A DNA stretch of 64,000 nucleotides from an uncultured Prevotellaceae bacterium (GCA_902795605.1 CADBLU010000065.1:2157-66156); one strand, 5' to 3'; positions 40,396-50,908 are shown, counted from the stretch's first letter. Notes: generated by a model from the letters alone, not told the origin. Numbers and translations: made by a program.

Positions 40396-41640
40396 ATGAT
40401 GAACGGTTTCTTTCCACGTGTCTTCTGTCTCTTTCTGCTGTCGGCCTGTCTCCTTTCCGCTTGTGAGGAAGACGATATCCTCACATCCGGGCAGGTGCCC
40501 CAGACGGGTTTGCCTGTCGTCTCGGTAGACACGCCGGATGGTGAGGAGATAAAACGTTCGTATACAGACCATGCCCTTTTTAAAGTGTCGACAGCCACGG
40601 GAGCAGAAGGCCTGGCCGATGAGGTGAGCATAAAGGGCAGGGGCAACTCCACGTGGACTTATCCCAAGAAACCATATTCTTTCAAGTTTGGCAGTGCCCG
40701 GCGGCTTCTGTCGATGCCTGAGAGCAGGCACTGGGTGCTGTTGGCCAATTACAAAGACAAGTCGCTGATGAGAAACGATGTGGCGTTTTTCATGGGCAGG
40801 GAGATGAGCTTGCTCGAATATACTCCGCAATATCTGTTCGCTGACTTGATGCTCAACGGTCTCTACAACGGCATCTATCTGATAGGTGAGGCTTTGGAAC
40901 CTTCTGAGCATCATTTGAATGTGGGTCAGAATGGTTTTATTCTCGAGATTGACGGCAAGGCGCGCTATCATGAGGTGACCTTTACCACCACCCAACTCTT
41001 TCTGCCTGTTTGTATCCATTATCCGGAGGTGGAGGAGGGGGATGCCCGCTACGAGCGTGCCCGGCATCTGGTGCAGAGGGCAGAGGATGCGCTGCTCTCA
41101 GCCGACTTTGCCGACGCTCAGAATGGCTATCGTCAATATATAGACATGGACTCCTTCGTGGAGTGGTATCTGATCAATGAGATATCAAAGAATGCTGATG
41201 CGGCGTTTTACACAAGTTGCTTCATTACCATTATGGATGACGGCAAGCTGAGAATGGGACCTATATGGGACTTTGACCTTGCCTTTGGAGGCTATTTTGA
41301 CGACAACGTCGGCAAGAAGGTCAACAATCCTGAGAATTTCTACATTAAAAACACCGCGTGGTATGAGAGACTCTTTCAAGACCCCGTTTTCGCCGCTCGT
41401 GTGAGGGAGCGGTTCATGGAGTATTACAACCACAGGCAGCTGATTTATGACCGTATCGAGCAGGACTACCTGTTGCTGGCCGAAAAAATATACTATGACA
41501 ACAAACGGTGGGGGCGGCAGTGCGACCGTTCCTCATCTGAATCGAAGGTCATTGCAGCTTATCGCAAGAATGTTGATAAGCTGAAAGAATGGATAGAGCG
41601 GCGGTTCACCTGGCTCCACGAGCATGTGGATGAGTGGTGA
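40396..41640 (+). CDS. CotH kinase-family lipoprotein
   Basis: LLSAC lipobox; IKGRGNST, KKPYSFKF, WVLLAN..D.SLMRN, GPIWDFDLAFG. Confidence 0.85.
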   Translation: MMNGFFPRVFCLFLLSACLLSACEEDDILTSGQVPQTGLPVVSVDTPDGEEIKRSYTDHALFKVSTATGAEGLADEVSIKGRGNSTWTYPKKPYSFKFGSARRLLSMPESRHWVLLANYKDKSLMRNDVAFFMGREMSLLEYTPQYLFADLMLNGLYNGIYLIGEALEPSEHHLNVGQNGFILEIDGKARYHEVTFTTTQLFLPVCIHYPEVEEGDARYERARHLVQRAEDALLSADFADAQNGYRQYIDMDSFVEWYLINEISKNADAAFYTSCFITIMDDGKLRMGPIWDFDLAFGGYFDDNVGKKVNNPENFYIKNTAWYERLFQDPVFAARVRERFMEYYNHRQLIYDRIEQDYLLLAEKIYYDNKRWGRQCDRSSSESKVIAAYRKNVDKLKEWIERRFTWLHEHVDEW

Positions 41641-41692
41641 CCGCCGCCCTGTCTTTGACTTTTCGTCTCTTATAATATTACTTCTTGTGATA

Positions 41693-43984
41693 TTACTGGA
41701 AACTCCGCTTGATTTTGTCGACATAGGCGTCGATCACAGCCACGGCGGTGATGCTCACCACGTCGCGGACGCTGCTGCCGTAGTCGGCGAAGTGAATGGG
41801 TTTGTTGAGTCCCATCTGGATGGGGCCGATGATCTCGATATCGGGCTCCAGGGCCTGTATCATCTTATAGGATGAGCGGGCGCTGGTGAGGTTGGGGAAA
41901 ATCAGCGTGTTGACATCCATTCCACGTAGCCTGTTGAAAGGATAGAGCGTGTCGCGCAACTCTTTGTTGAGAGCTGTACTGATCTGCATCTCGCCGTCGA
42001 TGGGCAGGTCGGGCATCTGCTCATGAATCTTCGCCACGGCATCGCGCACCTTTTTGCTGCCCTCCGACTGGTCGCTGCCGAAATTGGAGTGGCTGATGAG
42101 TGCGATGCGGGGATGCTCGTTGAAGAATCTCACCGCTGTGGAGGCCAGTTTGGCGATATCTACCAGTTTGTCGGTGTCGGGGTCGTTGTTGATGAGCGTG
42201 TCGGCCACGAACAGGATGCCCCGCTGTGAGTTGATGATGTGCATGGTGCCGAAATTCTCGTATTCGGGTCTCACGCCGATGATTTCCTTCACCACCTTGA
42301 GCGTGTTGGAGTATTTGGTGTAGAGACCTGTGATGAAAGCGTCGGCTTCTCCGGTCTCTACCATCATCATACCGAAGTAGTTGCGCTCGAACATCTTGTC
42401 GTTGGCCTCCTCGAAGGTATAGCCGTCGCGCTGGCGCTTCTCAGTGAGGATGCGCGCGAAGCGCTCCCTGCGCTCTGCCTCGCGGTCGTGGCGCAGGTTG
42501 ACAATCTCTATACCGTCGAGGTTGAGGTCGAGTTGTGCGGCAAGTTTCTCTATCCTCTCGTCGTTGCCGAGGAGGATGGGGTAGCAGATGCCCTCGGCTT
42601 TGGCCTGTACGGCAGCCCTGAGCATAGTGGGATGGATGCCTTCGGCGAAGACCACACGCTGCGGGTGTGCTCGTGCCGTGTCGTAGAGTTTTCTCGTCAC
42701 TTTCGTCTGAAGGCCGAGCATCTGCCTGAGTCCGTTTTTGTATTCTTCCCAGTCGGTGATTTGGCGGCGTGCCACACCGCTGTCGATGGCGGCTTTGGCC
42801 ACGGCTGCCGACACCTCCGTGATGAGGCGCGGGTCAACGGGCTTGGGAATGAAGTAGGACGGTCCGAAGGTGAGGTTGTTGACCTTATACACATCGTTCA
42901 CCACGTCGGGCACGGGCTGTTTGGCCAGGTCGGCGATGGCCAGGACGGCGGCCATCTTCATCTCCTCGTTGATGGCGCGTGCGTTGACGTCGAGCGCGCC
43001 GCGGAAGATATCGGGGAATCCGATGACATTGTTGATCTGGTTGGGGTAGTCGGAGCGACCGGTAGCCATCAGCACGTCGGGACGGGAGTCGATGGCATCC
43101 TCATAGGATATTTCCGGCACGGGATTGGCCAGGGCGAAGACAATGGGTGAGTCGGCCATGGAACGAACCATGTCCTTCGTGAGGACATTGCCTTTCGACA
43201 GTCCTACGAAGACATCGGCGCCTCTGATGGCCTCCTCGAGGGTGTGGACGTCGGTGCGGTCGGTGGCGAAGAAGCGTTTCTGCTCGTTGAGGTTGTCGCG
43301 GTCGCTGGTGATGACTCCCTTAGAGTCGAGCATCAGGATGTTCTCCTTGCGGGCTCCCAAGGCCATGTACAGTTTGGTGCATGAGATGGCGGCAGCTCCG
43401 GCGCCGTTGACCACAATCCGCACTTTGGCGATGTCCTTCCCGTTCACTTCCAGAGCGTTCTTCAGACCGGCAGCAGAGATGATGGCCGTGCCGTGCTGGT
43501 CGTCGTGCATCACAGGGATGTCGAGGGTGCGCTTCAGCCGTTCCTCGATATAGAAGCATTCCGGGGCTTTGATGTCCTCCAGGTTGATGCCGCCGAAGGT
43601 GGGGGCGATGCGCTCCACGGCCTCGCAGAATTTCTCAGGGTCTTTCTCTGCCACCTCGATGTCGAAGACATCTATACCACCATAGATTTTGAAGAGCAGT
43701 CCCTTACCCTCCATCACCGGCTTTCCGCTGAGAGCGCCGATGTCGCCAAGTCCGAGGACGGCGGTGCCGTTGCTGATGACAGCCACAAGGTTACCTTTAT
43801 CGGTGTACTTGTAGGCGTCGTCGGGGTGCTCCTGAATCTCAAGACAGGGGAAGGCAACTCCTGGGGAGTAGGCGAGGCTGAGGTCTGTCTGTGTGCGATA
43901 GGGCTTCGTGGGTTTCACCTCAATCTTGCCTGGGCGGCCGCTTTTGTGGTATTCGAGAGCGGCTTCTTTCGTGATTTTTACCAT
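41693..43984 (-). CDS. maeB: NADP-dependent malic enzyme with PTA-like domain
   Basis: [42 protein letters not shown]; C-terminal RVVFAEG...IDGEMQ. Confidence 0.95.
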   Translation of the reverse strand: MVKITKEAALEYHKSGRPGKIEVKPTKPYRTQTDLSLAYSPGVAFPCLEIQEHPDDAYKYTDKGNLVAVISNGTAVLGLGDIGALSGKPVMEGKGLLFKIYGGIDVFDIEVAEKDPEKFCEAVERIAPTFGGINLEDIKAPECFYIEERLKRTLDIPVMHDDQHGTAIISAAGLKNALEVNGKDIAKVRIVVNGAGAAAISCTKLYMALGARKENILMLDSKGVITSDRDNLNEQKRFFATDRTDVHTLEEAIRGADVFVGLSKGNVLTKDMVRSMADSPIVFALANPVPEISYEDAIDSRPDVLMATGRSDYPNQINNVIGFPDIFRGALDVNARAINEEMKMAAVLAIADLAKQPVPDVVNDVYKVNNLTFGPSYFIPKPVDPRLITEVSAAVAKAAIDSGVARRQITDWEEYKNGLRQMLGLQTKVTRKLYDTARAHPQRVVFAEGIHPTMLRAAVQAKAEGICYPILLGNDERIEKLAAQLDLNLDGIEIVNLRHDREAERRERFARILTEKRQRDGYTFEEANDKMFERNYFGMMMVETGEADAFITGLYTKYSNTLKVVKEIIGVRPEYENFGTMHIINSQRGILFVADTLINNDPDTDKLVDIAKLASTAVRFFNEHPRIALISHSNFGSDQSEGSKKVRDAVAKIHEQMPDLPIDGEMQISTALNKELRDTLYPFNRLRGMDVNTLIFPNLTSARSSYKMIQALEPDIEIIGPIQMGLNKPIHFADYGSSVRDVVSITAVAVIDAYVDKIKRSFQ

Positions 43985-44294
43985 AAAATGCTTTTTACCT
44001 TATTTTAATAATACTCAATATTTGCGATTTGATTAAACTCAAAATTTGCGCAAAATTACAAAAAATCAATGAAACGGCACCATTTTCTTTCAAAATATCA
44101 CTTTTTTGAGGCAAAAATAGCGTTTGCCGTCGTTTTGCGTGCCTCGGTCAAGACAACTGGTTTCTGCGCTTTCAGCGATAAGTTCCTTTATCTCGGCAAA
44201 AGAAAAGAATAAATTCTTTTCGTTCTGCCCTCGATTTTTCGTAACTTTGCGCATTGGAGTGTGAATACTGTAATCGAAACTAATCATTTTAGAT

Positions 44295-44495
44295 ATGGAA
44301 GAGAAAATCAACTATGAGCAAGCCGTCGCTGAACTGGAGGCAATCGTCTCTAAGATGGAAAGTGGCCAACTTGATATCGACTCTTTGACCAAGCAGTTGA
44401 AAAGAGCCCAGCAACTGATCAAAATGTGCAAGGAAAAACTCACAAAGACTGACGAGGAAATCAAGAAGATCCTTGAAGACGATAATGCTTCGTAG
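44295..44495 (+). CDS. xseB: Exodeoxyribonuclease VII small subunit
   Basis: YEQAVAELEAIVSKME...C..KL; TAACTTTG box at 44242-44249. Confidence 0.9.
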   Translation: MEEKINYEQAVAELEAIVSKMESGQLDIDSLTKQLKRAQQLIKMCKEKLTKTDEEIKKILEDDNAS

Positions 44496-44503
44496 GGGGA
44501 TTT

Positions 44504-44761
44504 CTGCGGCAATGCCGCAGCCTACCGAACACCAAAACAGGGCCTCTTATAAAGGGCCTCTTATAAAGGGCTTCTGATGGCCTCTTATATAGGGCTTCTC
44601 CCCAGGGCCTCTTAAAAAGGCTTTTGATGGCCTCTTAAAAGGGCTTCTCCCAAGGGCCTCTTATAAAGGGCTTCTGATGGCCTCTTATAAAAGGGCTTTT
44701 TTGAGGCTTCTTGTCTAAGCCTGCGGGTGGGGGGGCCGGTACGCTGCGGCAGTGCCGCAGC
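44504..44761. repeat. Inverted REP-like doublet enclosing a nested repeat array
   Basis: Hairpins at 44504-44525 (minus, GTAG foot) and 44739-44761 (plus, GTAC foot); seven GGCCTCTTA(T)AAAGGGC-like units between 44541 and 44696. Confidence 0.8.
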
Positions 44762-44907
44762 TGCCAATGGTAAAAAAAATATAAATTTTCACTTGTGATA
44801 TAACAAATCGCTTTTTTTTACGTTTATCATATAGAGCACGACGGATGATGGCTTCTTCCCTCCGTGAGAATGCTTGAATACTATGTGATGACTAAAAAGA
44901 TTTGGAA

Positions 44908-45177
44908 ATGAAATTATTCAATGATGCGACCTCCTATGTGATGGATCTCAATAACCTAATATGGAATTATATCAACAACCGTCATCTTTATCCGGAAAAT
45001 GCGCAGTTGGCTGTGCAGCCGGAAATTATGGCTAATGTGATTGATGATCCCGAACAGTGCCACTATTGCGACTTCTATGACCTCAGTCTGTTCATCAGCC
45101 GGGATATGCATGGAAATCCTGTGCCCAATGAGCTTGCCATACAGAATGTGGCCAACAGGTACTATCAAGCCGGTTGA
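44908..45177 (+). CDS. Small hypothetical protein
   Basis: 89-aa ORF filling the intergenic space; no family recognised. Confidence 0.6.
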   Translation: MKLFNDATSYVMDLNNLIWNYINNRHLYPENAQLAVQPEIMANVIDDPEQCHYCDFYDLSLFISRDMHGNPVPNELAIQNVANRYYQAG

Positions 45178-45363
45178 GGCCGAAATCGTCAGCAGGAAAG
45201 GCAAAACGATGTGAAATAACCTAAACTTTTGGTATATTTAACGGCTAAAGCGGTCCATCGTTTGCATAATTCAAAAAAAAATGCCACCTTTGCACCACGT
45301 TTCCAAACTGGCTGTCTCTCGAGTCTTAAAGAGGGGTGGTCAGCGACAACTATTGCAATAGAC

Positions 45364-46656
45364 ATGAAAAAATTACTCACGGCTGTCACCCTGGTGGCAT
45401 TTACCACTCTTGCTGTCGCCCAAAGCGGCACCAATTCTCCTTACAGTCAGTATGGTCTTGGCGCGCTGACGGATCAGTCGACAGGATTCAGCAAAGGCAT
45501 GGACGGTTTGGGATTGGGTTACCGGGCTGGCAATCAGGTCAACTATCTCAACCCCGCTTCCTATTCGGCCATCGACTCGCTGACCTTTATCTTTGATGTC
45601 GGCATGTCGGGGCAACTCACCAATTTTGCGGAAAACGGCAAGCGCATCAACGCCAAGAATGCGAATTTCGAATATGCTGTGGCCGGATTCAGGGCCTTCA
45701 AGCATTTGGGAGTGAGTTTCGGTCTCCTTCCTTTCTCCAACGTAGGCTATTCGTATTCGAATACGAACGAAGTGGGAGATATCAACTCCACCACCTATAC
45801 CAACACCTATACGGGTGACGGAGGTTTCCATCAGGTCTTCCTCGGCATGGGATGGCGCGTGTTCAAGGGCTTCTCTATTGGTGTCAACGGTTCCTATCTT
45901 TGGGGAAGTTACAACCGCTCGATTGTCAACAGCTACAGCGATGCCTATGTGAACACGCTCTCGAAGTACTACACTGCGAGTATCAACAACTATAAGTTGG
46001 ATGCGGGTGCCCAGATCACCATTCCTTTTTCCAAGACCAGCAACCTGACATTGGGCTTCACCTATGGACTAGGTCACAAACTGGGTGCGGATCCTGAGTG
46101 CAAGGTCATCTCCACCAATTCGCAGACGAGTGTCTCTGATACGGCTCGCTATGTGGTGAAAGACGGCCTCGAGCTGCCCACCGTCTTCTCCGGAGGTATG
46201 TTGCTCACGCTCAACAACCAGTTGAAAGTGGGAGCCGACTATCAGTTGCAGAAATGGGCAGAGGTGCCATTCCCGGAATACGGGGTGTCATCTAATAAGC
46301 CCTCATATACGCTCAAGGAGAATTATTTCAAGGACAAGCATCGGGTGACCGTGGGCGCTGAATACAGCAAGAACCCCAACTCGAGGAAGTTCCTTGAGAG
46401 TCTCCGCTTCCGCCTCGGAGCCTCTTATTCCACTCCCTATCTGCAGATCAACGGCAACGACGGTCCCAAGGAAATCAGTGTGAGCGCTGGTCTTGGCGTG
46501 CCCTTGAGAAATGTATGGAACACCCGGTCGGTGCTCAATATCAGTGGGCAGTGGGTGAGGATGGACGCAGCCAACCTCCTCAAAGAGAATACGTTCCGCA
46601 TCAATGTGGGAATCACTTTCAACGAGACGTGGTTCATGAAGTTTAAAGTCAATTAA
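45364..46656 (+). CDS. Outer-membrane beta-barrel protein (FadL/OmpP1-like)
   Basis: Signal peptide, NSPYSQYGLG, NYLNPASYS, C-terminal WFMKFKVN. Confidence 0.75.
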   Translation: MKKLLTAVTLVAFTTLAVAQSGTNSPYSQYGLGALTDQSTGFSKGMDGLGLGYRAGNQVNYLNPASYSAIDSLTFIFDVGMSGQLTNFAENGKRINAKNANFEYAVAGFRAFKHLGVSFGLLPFSNVGYSYSNTNEVGDINSTTYTNTYTGDGGFHQVFLGMGWRVFKGFSIGVNGSYLWGSYNRSIVNSYSDAYVNTLSKYYTASINNYKLDAGAQITIPFSKTSNLTLGFTYGLGHKLGADPECKVISTNSQTSVSDTARYVVKDGLELPTVFSGGMLLTLNNQLKVGADYQLQKWAEVPFPEYGVSSNKPSYTLKENYFKDKHRVTVGAEYSKNPNSRKFLESLRFRLGASYSTPYLQINGNDGPKEISVSAGLGVPLRNVWNTRSVLNISGQWVRMDAANLLKENTFRINVGITFNETWFMKFKVN

Positions 46657-46670
46657 TCTGTCGCCCTGTC

Positions 46671-47318
46671 ATGAGAAAGTCAGCCATCTCGGCCGTCGTC
46701 GTGATCTTCTTTCTGGCACTCGTGGCATGCAGCGAGGAGAAGGAGCATACGGCTCCTGCCATCTATCCCCGCGACTCTGTGGCCATGATGGTCAGTTATG
46801 GAGTGAATGCGCTGATTTCTGACTCGGGCGTCATCAAATACCGCATCGTCAGTGAGCAGTGGGAGATCAACCAGAACCGGAATCCCTCGAGATGGATTTT
46901 CGAGAAGGGGCTTTTCCTTGAGCAGTTCGACTTGGCTATGCATATCCAGTCTTATATCCAATGTGATATGGCCTATTATTATGATGTGCGCCGGCTGTGG
47001 GAATTGCGGGGAAGGGTAAGGATCCTCACCACCAACGGCTTGCGCTTCAGCAGCGAGGAACTGTTTTGGGATGAGCGCGACCATGAGATCTGGTCCAACA
47101 AGTTCTCTCACCTCATCACTTCCGACAAGGAACTTCAGGGCAACCGTTTCAGGAGCGACGAGAGGATGACCAAATATTCTGTTCGCTGGACGAAAGGCTA
47201 TTTCGACAAGGAGGAAGTGAGCAAGTCGCCACGCGACAAGATGAACAAGGCTCAGACCGACTCCGCCAAGATGAGAGGAAGACAACCGAAACATCCTCAG
47301 AGACTCAACAACAACTGA
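46671..47318 (+). CDS. lptC: LPS export periplasmic protein LptC
   Basis: Lipobox ALVAC, DSG.IKYRI, LWELRGRV, SEELFWD; conserved Bacteroidales context. Confidence 0.8.
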   Translation: MRKSAISAVVVIFFLALVACSEEKEHTAPAIYPRDSVAMMVSYGVNALISDSGVIKYRIVSEQWEINQNRNPSRWIFEKGLFLEQFDLAMHIQSYIQCDMAYYYDVRRLWELRGRVRILTTNGLRFSSEELFWDERDHEIWSNKFSHLITSDKELQGNRFRSDERMTKYSVRWTKGYFDKEEVSKSPRDKMNKAQTDSAKMRGRQPKHPQRLNNN

Positions 47319-47320
47319 AA

Positions 47321-48580
47321 ATGGACATCCAACTGGTTTTTTTCATATTGCTGACGATGGTTTTCTCTGCCTTTTTCTCGGGCATGGAGATCGCCTTCGT
47401 GTCGAGCAACAGGATGCTTGCGGAGATGGACAAGGAAAAGAACGGCCTGTCGCAGAAGTGCATCTCGCTTTTCTTCCGTCATCCCAATGACTTCGTGAGT
47501 ACGATGCTCGTGGGCAACAATATCGCACTCGTGATCTATGGCATCCTCATCGCCAAGTTGTTCGACGCCACCATCTTCAAAGGCTACTCCGCGGCTTTCA
47601 CGGTGCCTGCCGACACCATCCTTTCTACCATCATCGTCCTCTTCACGGGCGAGTTCTTGCCGAAGACGCTGTTTAAGAGCCTGCCCAACAAACTGCTTAC
47701 CATCTTTGCCCTGCCGGCGTATGTCTGCTATGTCCTCCTATGGCCCGTCTCTAAGTTCGCTTCTATCTTGGCAAAAGTCCTGCTCAGGATAGTGGGAGTG
47801 AAGATGGACAAGGTGAAGGACGACGAGTTGTTCAGTAAGGTCGACCTCGACTACCTTGTGCAGTCGAGCATCGAGAATGCCACTGACGAAGAGCATATCA
47901 ACGAGGAGGTGAAAATCTTTCAGAACGCCCTCGACTTTTCGGATACGAAGGTGCGCGACTGCATGGTGCCCCGCACAGAGATAGAGGCCGTCTCAGAGGA
48001 GTGCGGCATCGCCCAGCTCAACCAGAAATTCATCGAGAGCGGCCACTCCAAAATCGTGGTCTACCGTGAGGACATCGACCATATCATCGGCTATATCCAC
48101 TCCTCGGAATTGTTCAGGAAGCCAGAGGACTGGCGGACCGAATTGCGCACCATGCCCTTTGTGCCCGAGACGATGTCGGCCCACAAGATGATGCAGATAT
48201 TCCTTCAGCAGAAGAAGAGCCTCGGCGTCGTCGTCGATGAGTTTGGCGGCACGAGTGGCATCGTCTCCTTGGAGGACATCGTGGAGGAAATCTTCGGAGA
48301 GATAGAGGATGAGCACGACAGTTCCAACTATGTGGCCAAGAAAGTGGGCGAGGGAGAATACCTGCTCTCAGCACGTCTTGAGATCGACAAGGTCAACGAG
48401 ATGTTCGGCCTGCAATTGCCCGAGAGTGATGATTATATGACTGTGGGCGGTCTGATTCTGCACTATTACCAGAGTTTCCCCAAACTCAATGAAGTAGTGG
48501 AAATAGGCCATTTCAAGTTTAAAATCATCAAGAGTACAATGACGAAAATCGAACTGGTGAAATTAATTGTGACACAATAG
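47321..48580 (+). CDS. Hemolysin-family/CNNM-CBS-CorC protein
   Basis: FFSGMEIAF, GEFLPK, VRDCMVPR, VVDEFGGTSGIVSLEDIVEE. Confidence 0.9.
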   Translation: MDIQLVFFILLTMVFSAFFSGMEIAFVSSNRMLAEMDKEKNGLSQKCISLFFRHPNDFVSTMLVGNNIALVIYGILIAKLFDATIFKGYSAAFTVPADTILSTIIVLFTGEFLPKTLFKSLPNKLLTIFALPAYVCYVLLWPVSKFASILAKVLLRIVGVKMDKVKDDELFSKVDLDYLVQSSIENATDEEHINEEVKIFQNALDFSDTKVRDCMVPRTEIEAVSEECGIAQLNQKFIESGHSKIVVYREDIDHIIGYIHSSELFRKPEDWRTELRTMPFVPETMSAHKMMQIFLQQKKSLGVVVDEFGGTSGIVSLEDIVEEIFGEIEDEHDSSNYVAKKVGEGEYLLSARLEIDKVNEMFGLQLPESDDYMTVGGLILHYYQSFPKLNEVVEIGHFKFKIIKSTMTKIELVKLIVTQ

Positions 48581-48740
48581 GAGAATTTTCATGCGAAAAA
48601 TTCTCTCATTTGCTTTTTTATTAGTAATTTTGTACGCTTTTTTGGAGTAACCGTTGGCATTTTTACGAAAATGCCGACAAATTGACGTGTTACGAAGGAA
48701 ATGTTAATAGACAAAATCAATATCATATAACAAATTAGTA

Positions 48741-50888
48741 ATGGCAGCATTAGGTAAAATTAGAAGCAAAGGAACATTTCTGATTATCATTATCGGACTT
48801 GGACTTTTTGGATTCATTGCCGGTGACATGTTCCGTTCCTGCGAGACAACAGGCAGGATGCGCAGCACGAGAGTCGGTGAAGTCTTGGGTGAGAAAATCG
48901 GTATCGAAGAATACCAGGATTATCTCAATGAGTTTGTGGAATGCACGAAGATGGGTTCTCCTCAGGCCGATGAGGATCAGATTCGCACCATGGCATGGAA
49001 CAGCTATGTGCAGAATAAGATTTTCGAGAACGAGGCAGGGAAGCTCGGTCTTACCGTCACCAACGATGAGTTGAAGAATGCGATGACTCAGGGCACCCAT
49101 CAGGTGTTGATGGAGGTGGCCAACCTGACTGGTTTTGTCAACCAGCAGACAGGTCGTTTCGATATCAACCTTTACAATGAGTTTATCAACAACTATAAGA
49201 CTCAGCGCAACTCATCACCTCAGGCTGCAGAGTATTACGACAAGGTTTATAAGTATCTTGCATTCAAGGTGAAGCAGCTCCGTCAGCAGCTTCTTGCCCA
49301 GAAGTATCAGTCACTGCTCACCTCTGCTGTCCTCTCCAATCCCATCGAGGCTCAGTTCCTTTTCGACTCTGAGAAGCAGGAGAGCGACATCAAGTTGGCT
49401 TACATCGACTACAAGACTGTCAACGACAAGGATGTGCAGGTGAGCGAGAGCGATCTCAAGGCCAAATATGAGGAGAAGAAAGAGCTCTTCCGTATTCCTG
49501 AGGAGATCCGTTCCATCAAGTATGTGCTTGTCAAGAAAGAGGCTTCTCCCGCCGACCGCAAGAACCTGGAGAACACCCTCATCAAGTGTGCCGACCAGCT
49601 GAAGGAAGGTGAGAGCGCAGAGAAAGTGGTGCGTGAAGGCCGTTCGAACATCGCCTATCTGGGCGTGCCTGTCACCAAGAAGGCTTTCTCCAATGACATT
49701 GCCAACCGTCTTGACTCTATGGCAGTGGGTGCCGTTGTCGGCCCGATTGAGAGCAAGTTCGACAACACGTTCAATGTCATCAAACTCTTCTCCAAGAGCA
49801 CATTGCCCGATTCCATCGAGTTCCGTGCCATCAATGTGCAGGGTAAGAGCAACGAAGAGAGCAAGACAAAGGCCGACAGCGTGCTCAATGCCCTCAAGGC
49901 TGGTGGTGATTTCGAGGCCATTGCCAAGAAATACGGCCAGACTGGCGAGAAGTCATGGTTGACCACCGCTCAGTATGAGAGAGCCACCAATATGACCAAG
50001 GACAACCAGACGATCTTCAACGAGCTCAATACCCTGGGCGCCAACGAGGTGAAGAGCATCCCCATGGCTCAGGGTGTGTTGGTGGTGCAGGTGACCGACC
50101 GCAGGGCTATGGTGACCAAGTATGACGTGGCTGTCGTGAAGCGCGACATCACCTTCTCCGACGAGACTTCGCATGCCATCAGTGACAAGTTCAAGCAGTT
50201 TGTCGCTGGCCATCAGACTCTCGAGGCAATCGAGAAGGATGCAGCAAAGAACGGCTATCAGGTGATGGACATGAAGCAGGTGCTCACATCGCAGGGCAAC
50301 CTGCCCGGCATCGGCAACTCTCGTGACGCCCTCAAGTGGGTGTTTGAGGCCAAGAAGGGCGACATCTCTGAGGTGATGACCGTGGGTGCCAACCGTGACG
50401 AGATCCTCGTTATGGCACTGACTGACATCAGCCCGAAGGGATTCCTCTCGCTGGACAACGAGGAGGCCAAGAATTTCATTCAGCAGGAAGTGCTGCGTGA
50501 CAAGAAGGCCGAGAAACTCATCGCCAAGCTGAAGGATGTGAAGAGCATCGCCGAGGCTGAGAAGCAGGGTGCCAAGACCGCTGATGTCAACCAGATTACC
50601 CTCGCTGCTCCCACATTCGTCTCCGACCTGCAGTCGCAGGAGCCCGCCCTCAGTGGCGCTGTCGCTGCCACCGAGAAGGGTAAGTTCTCCGCTAAGCCTG
50701 TGAAGGGTTATGGTGGTGTGTATGTCTTCCAGGTCGTCGACCGCCGCAATGTGGAGGGTGCCAAGTTCAACGTGAAAGATTATGAGACCAAGGCTGCACA
50801 GTCCAATCTCCAGAGCCTCTCGCGCTCTGCTTTCCAGGAACTTTATCTCAATGCCGACGTGCAGGACAACAGATATCTCTTCTTCTAA
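48741..50888 (+). CDS. PpiD/SurA-type periplasmic chaperone, peptidyl-prolyl isomerase
   Basis: MAALGKIRSK plus N-terminal anchor, SurA-N domain, rotamase-like GGDFEAIAKKY. Confidence 0.85.
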   Translation: MAALGKIRSKGTFLIIIIGLGLFGFIAGDMFRSCETTGRMRSTRVGEVLGEKIGIEEYQDYLNEFVECTKMGSPQADEDQIRTMAWNSYVQNKIFENEAGKLGLTVTNDELKNAMTQGTHQVLMEVANLTGFVNQQTGRFDINLYNEFINNYKTQRNSSPQAAEYYDKVYKYLAFKVKQLRQQLLAQKYQSLLTSAVLSNPIEAQFLFDSEKQESDIKLAYIDYKTVNDKDVQVSESDLKAKYEEKKELFRIPEEIRSIKYVLVKKEASPADRKNLENTLIKCADQLKEGESAEKVVREGRSNIAYLGVPVTKKAFSNDIANRLDSMAVGAVVGPIESKFDNTFNVIKLFSKSTLPDSIEFRAINVQGKSNEESKTKADSVLNALKAGGDFEAIAKKYGQTGEKSWLTTAQYERATNMTKDNQTIFNELNTLGANEVKSIPMAQGVLVVQVTDRRAMVTKYDVAVVKRDITFSDETSHAISDKFKQFVAGHQTLEAIEKDAAKNGYQVMDMKQVLTSQGNLPGIGNSRDALKWVFEAKKGDISEVMTVGANRDEILVMALTDISPKGFLSLDNEEAKNFIQQEVLRDKKAEKLIAKLKDVKSIAEAEKQGAKTADVNQITLAAPTFVSDLQSQEPALSGAVAATEKGKFSAKPVKGYGGVYVFQVVDRRNVEGAKFNVKDYETKAAQSNLQSLSRSAFQELYLNADVQDNRYLFF

Positions 50889-50908
50889 GAAGAATCTTCT
50901 ATAGGCAG

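Noticed and set aside
44541-44696. Repeat array as CRISPR or oriC
   Set aside because: Linkers are themselves repeated rather than unique spacers; no TTATCCACA DnaA boxes and no dnaA or rep gene nearby.
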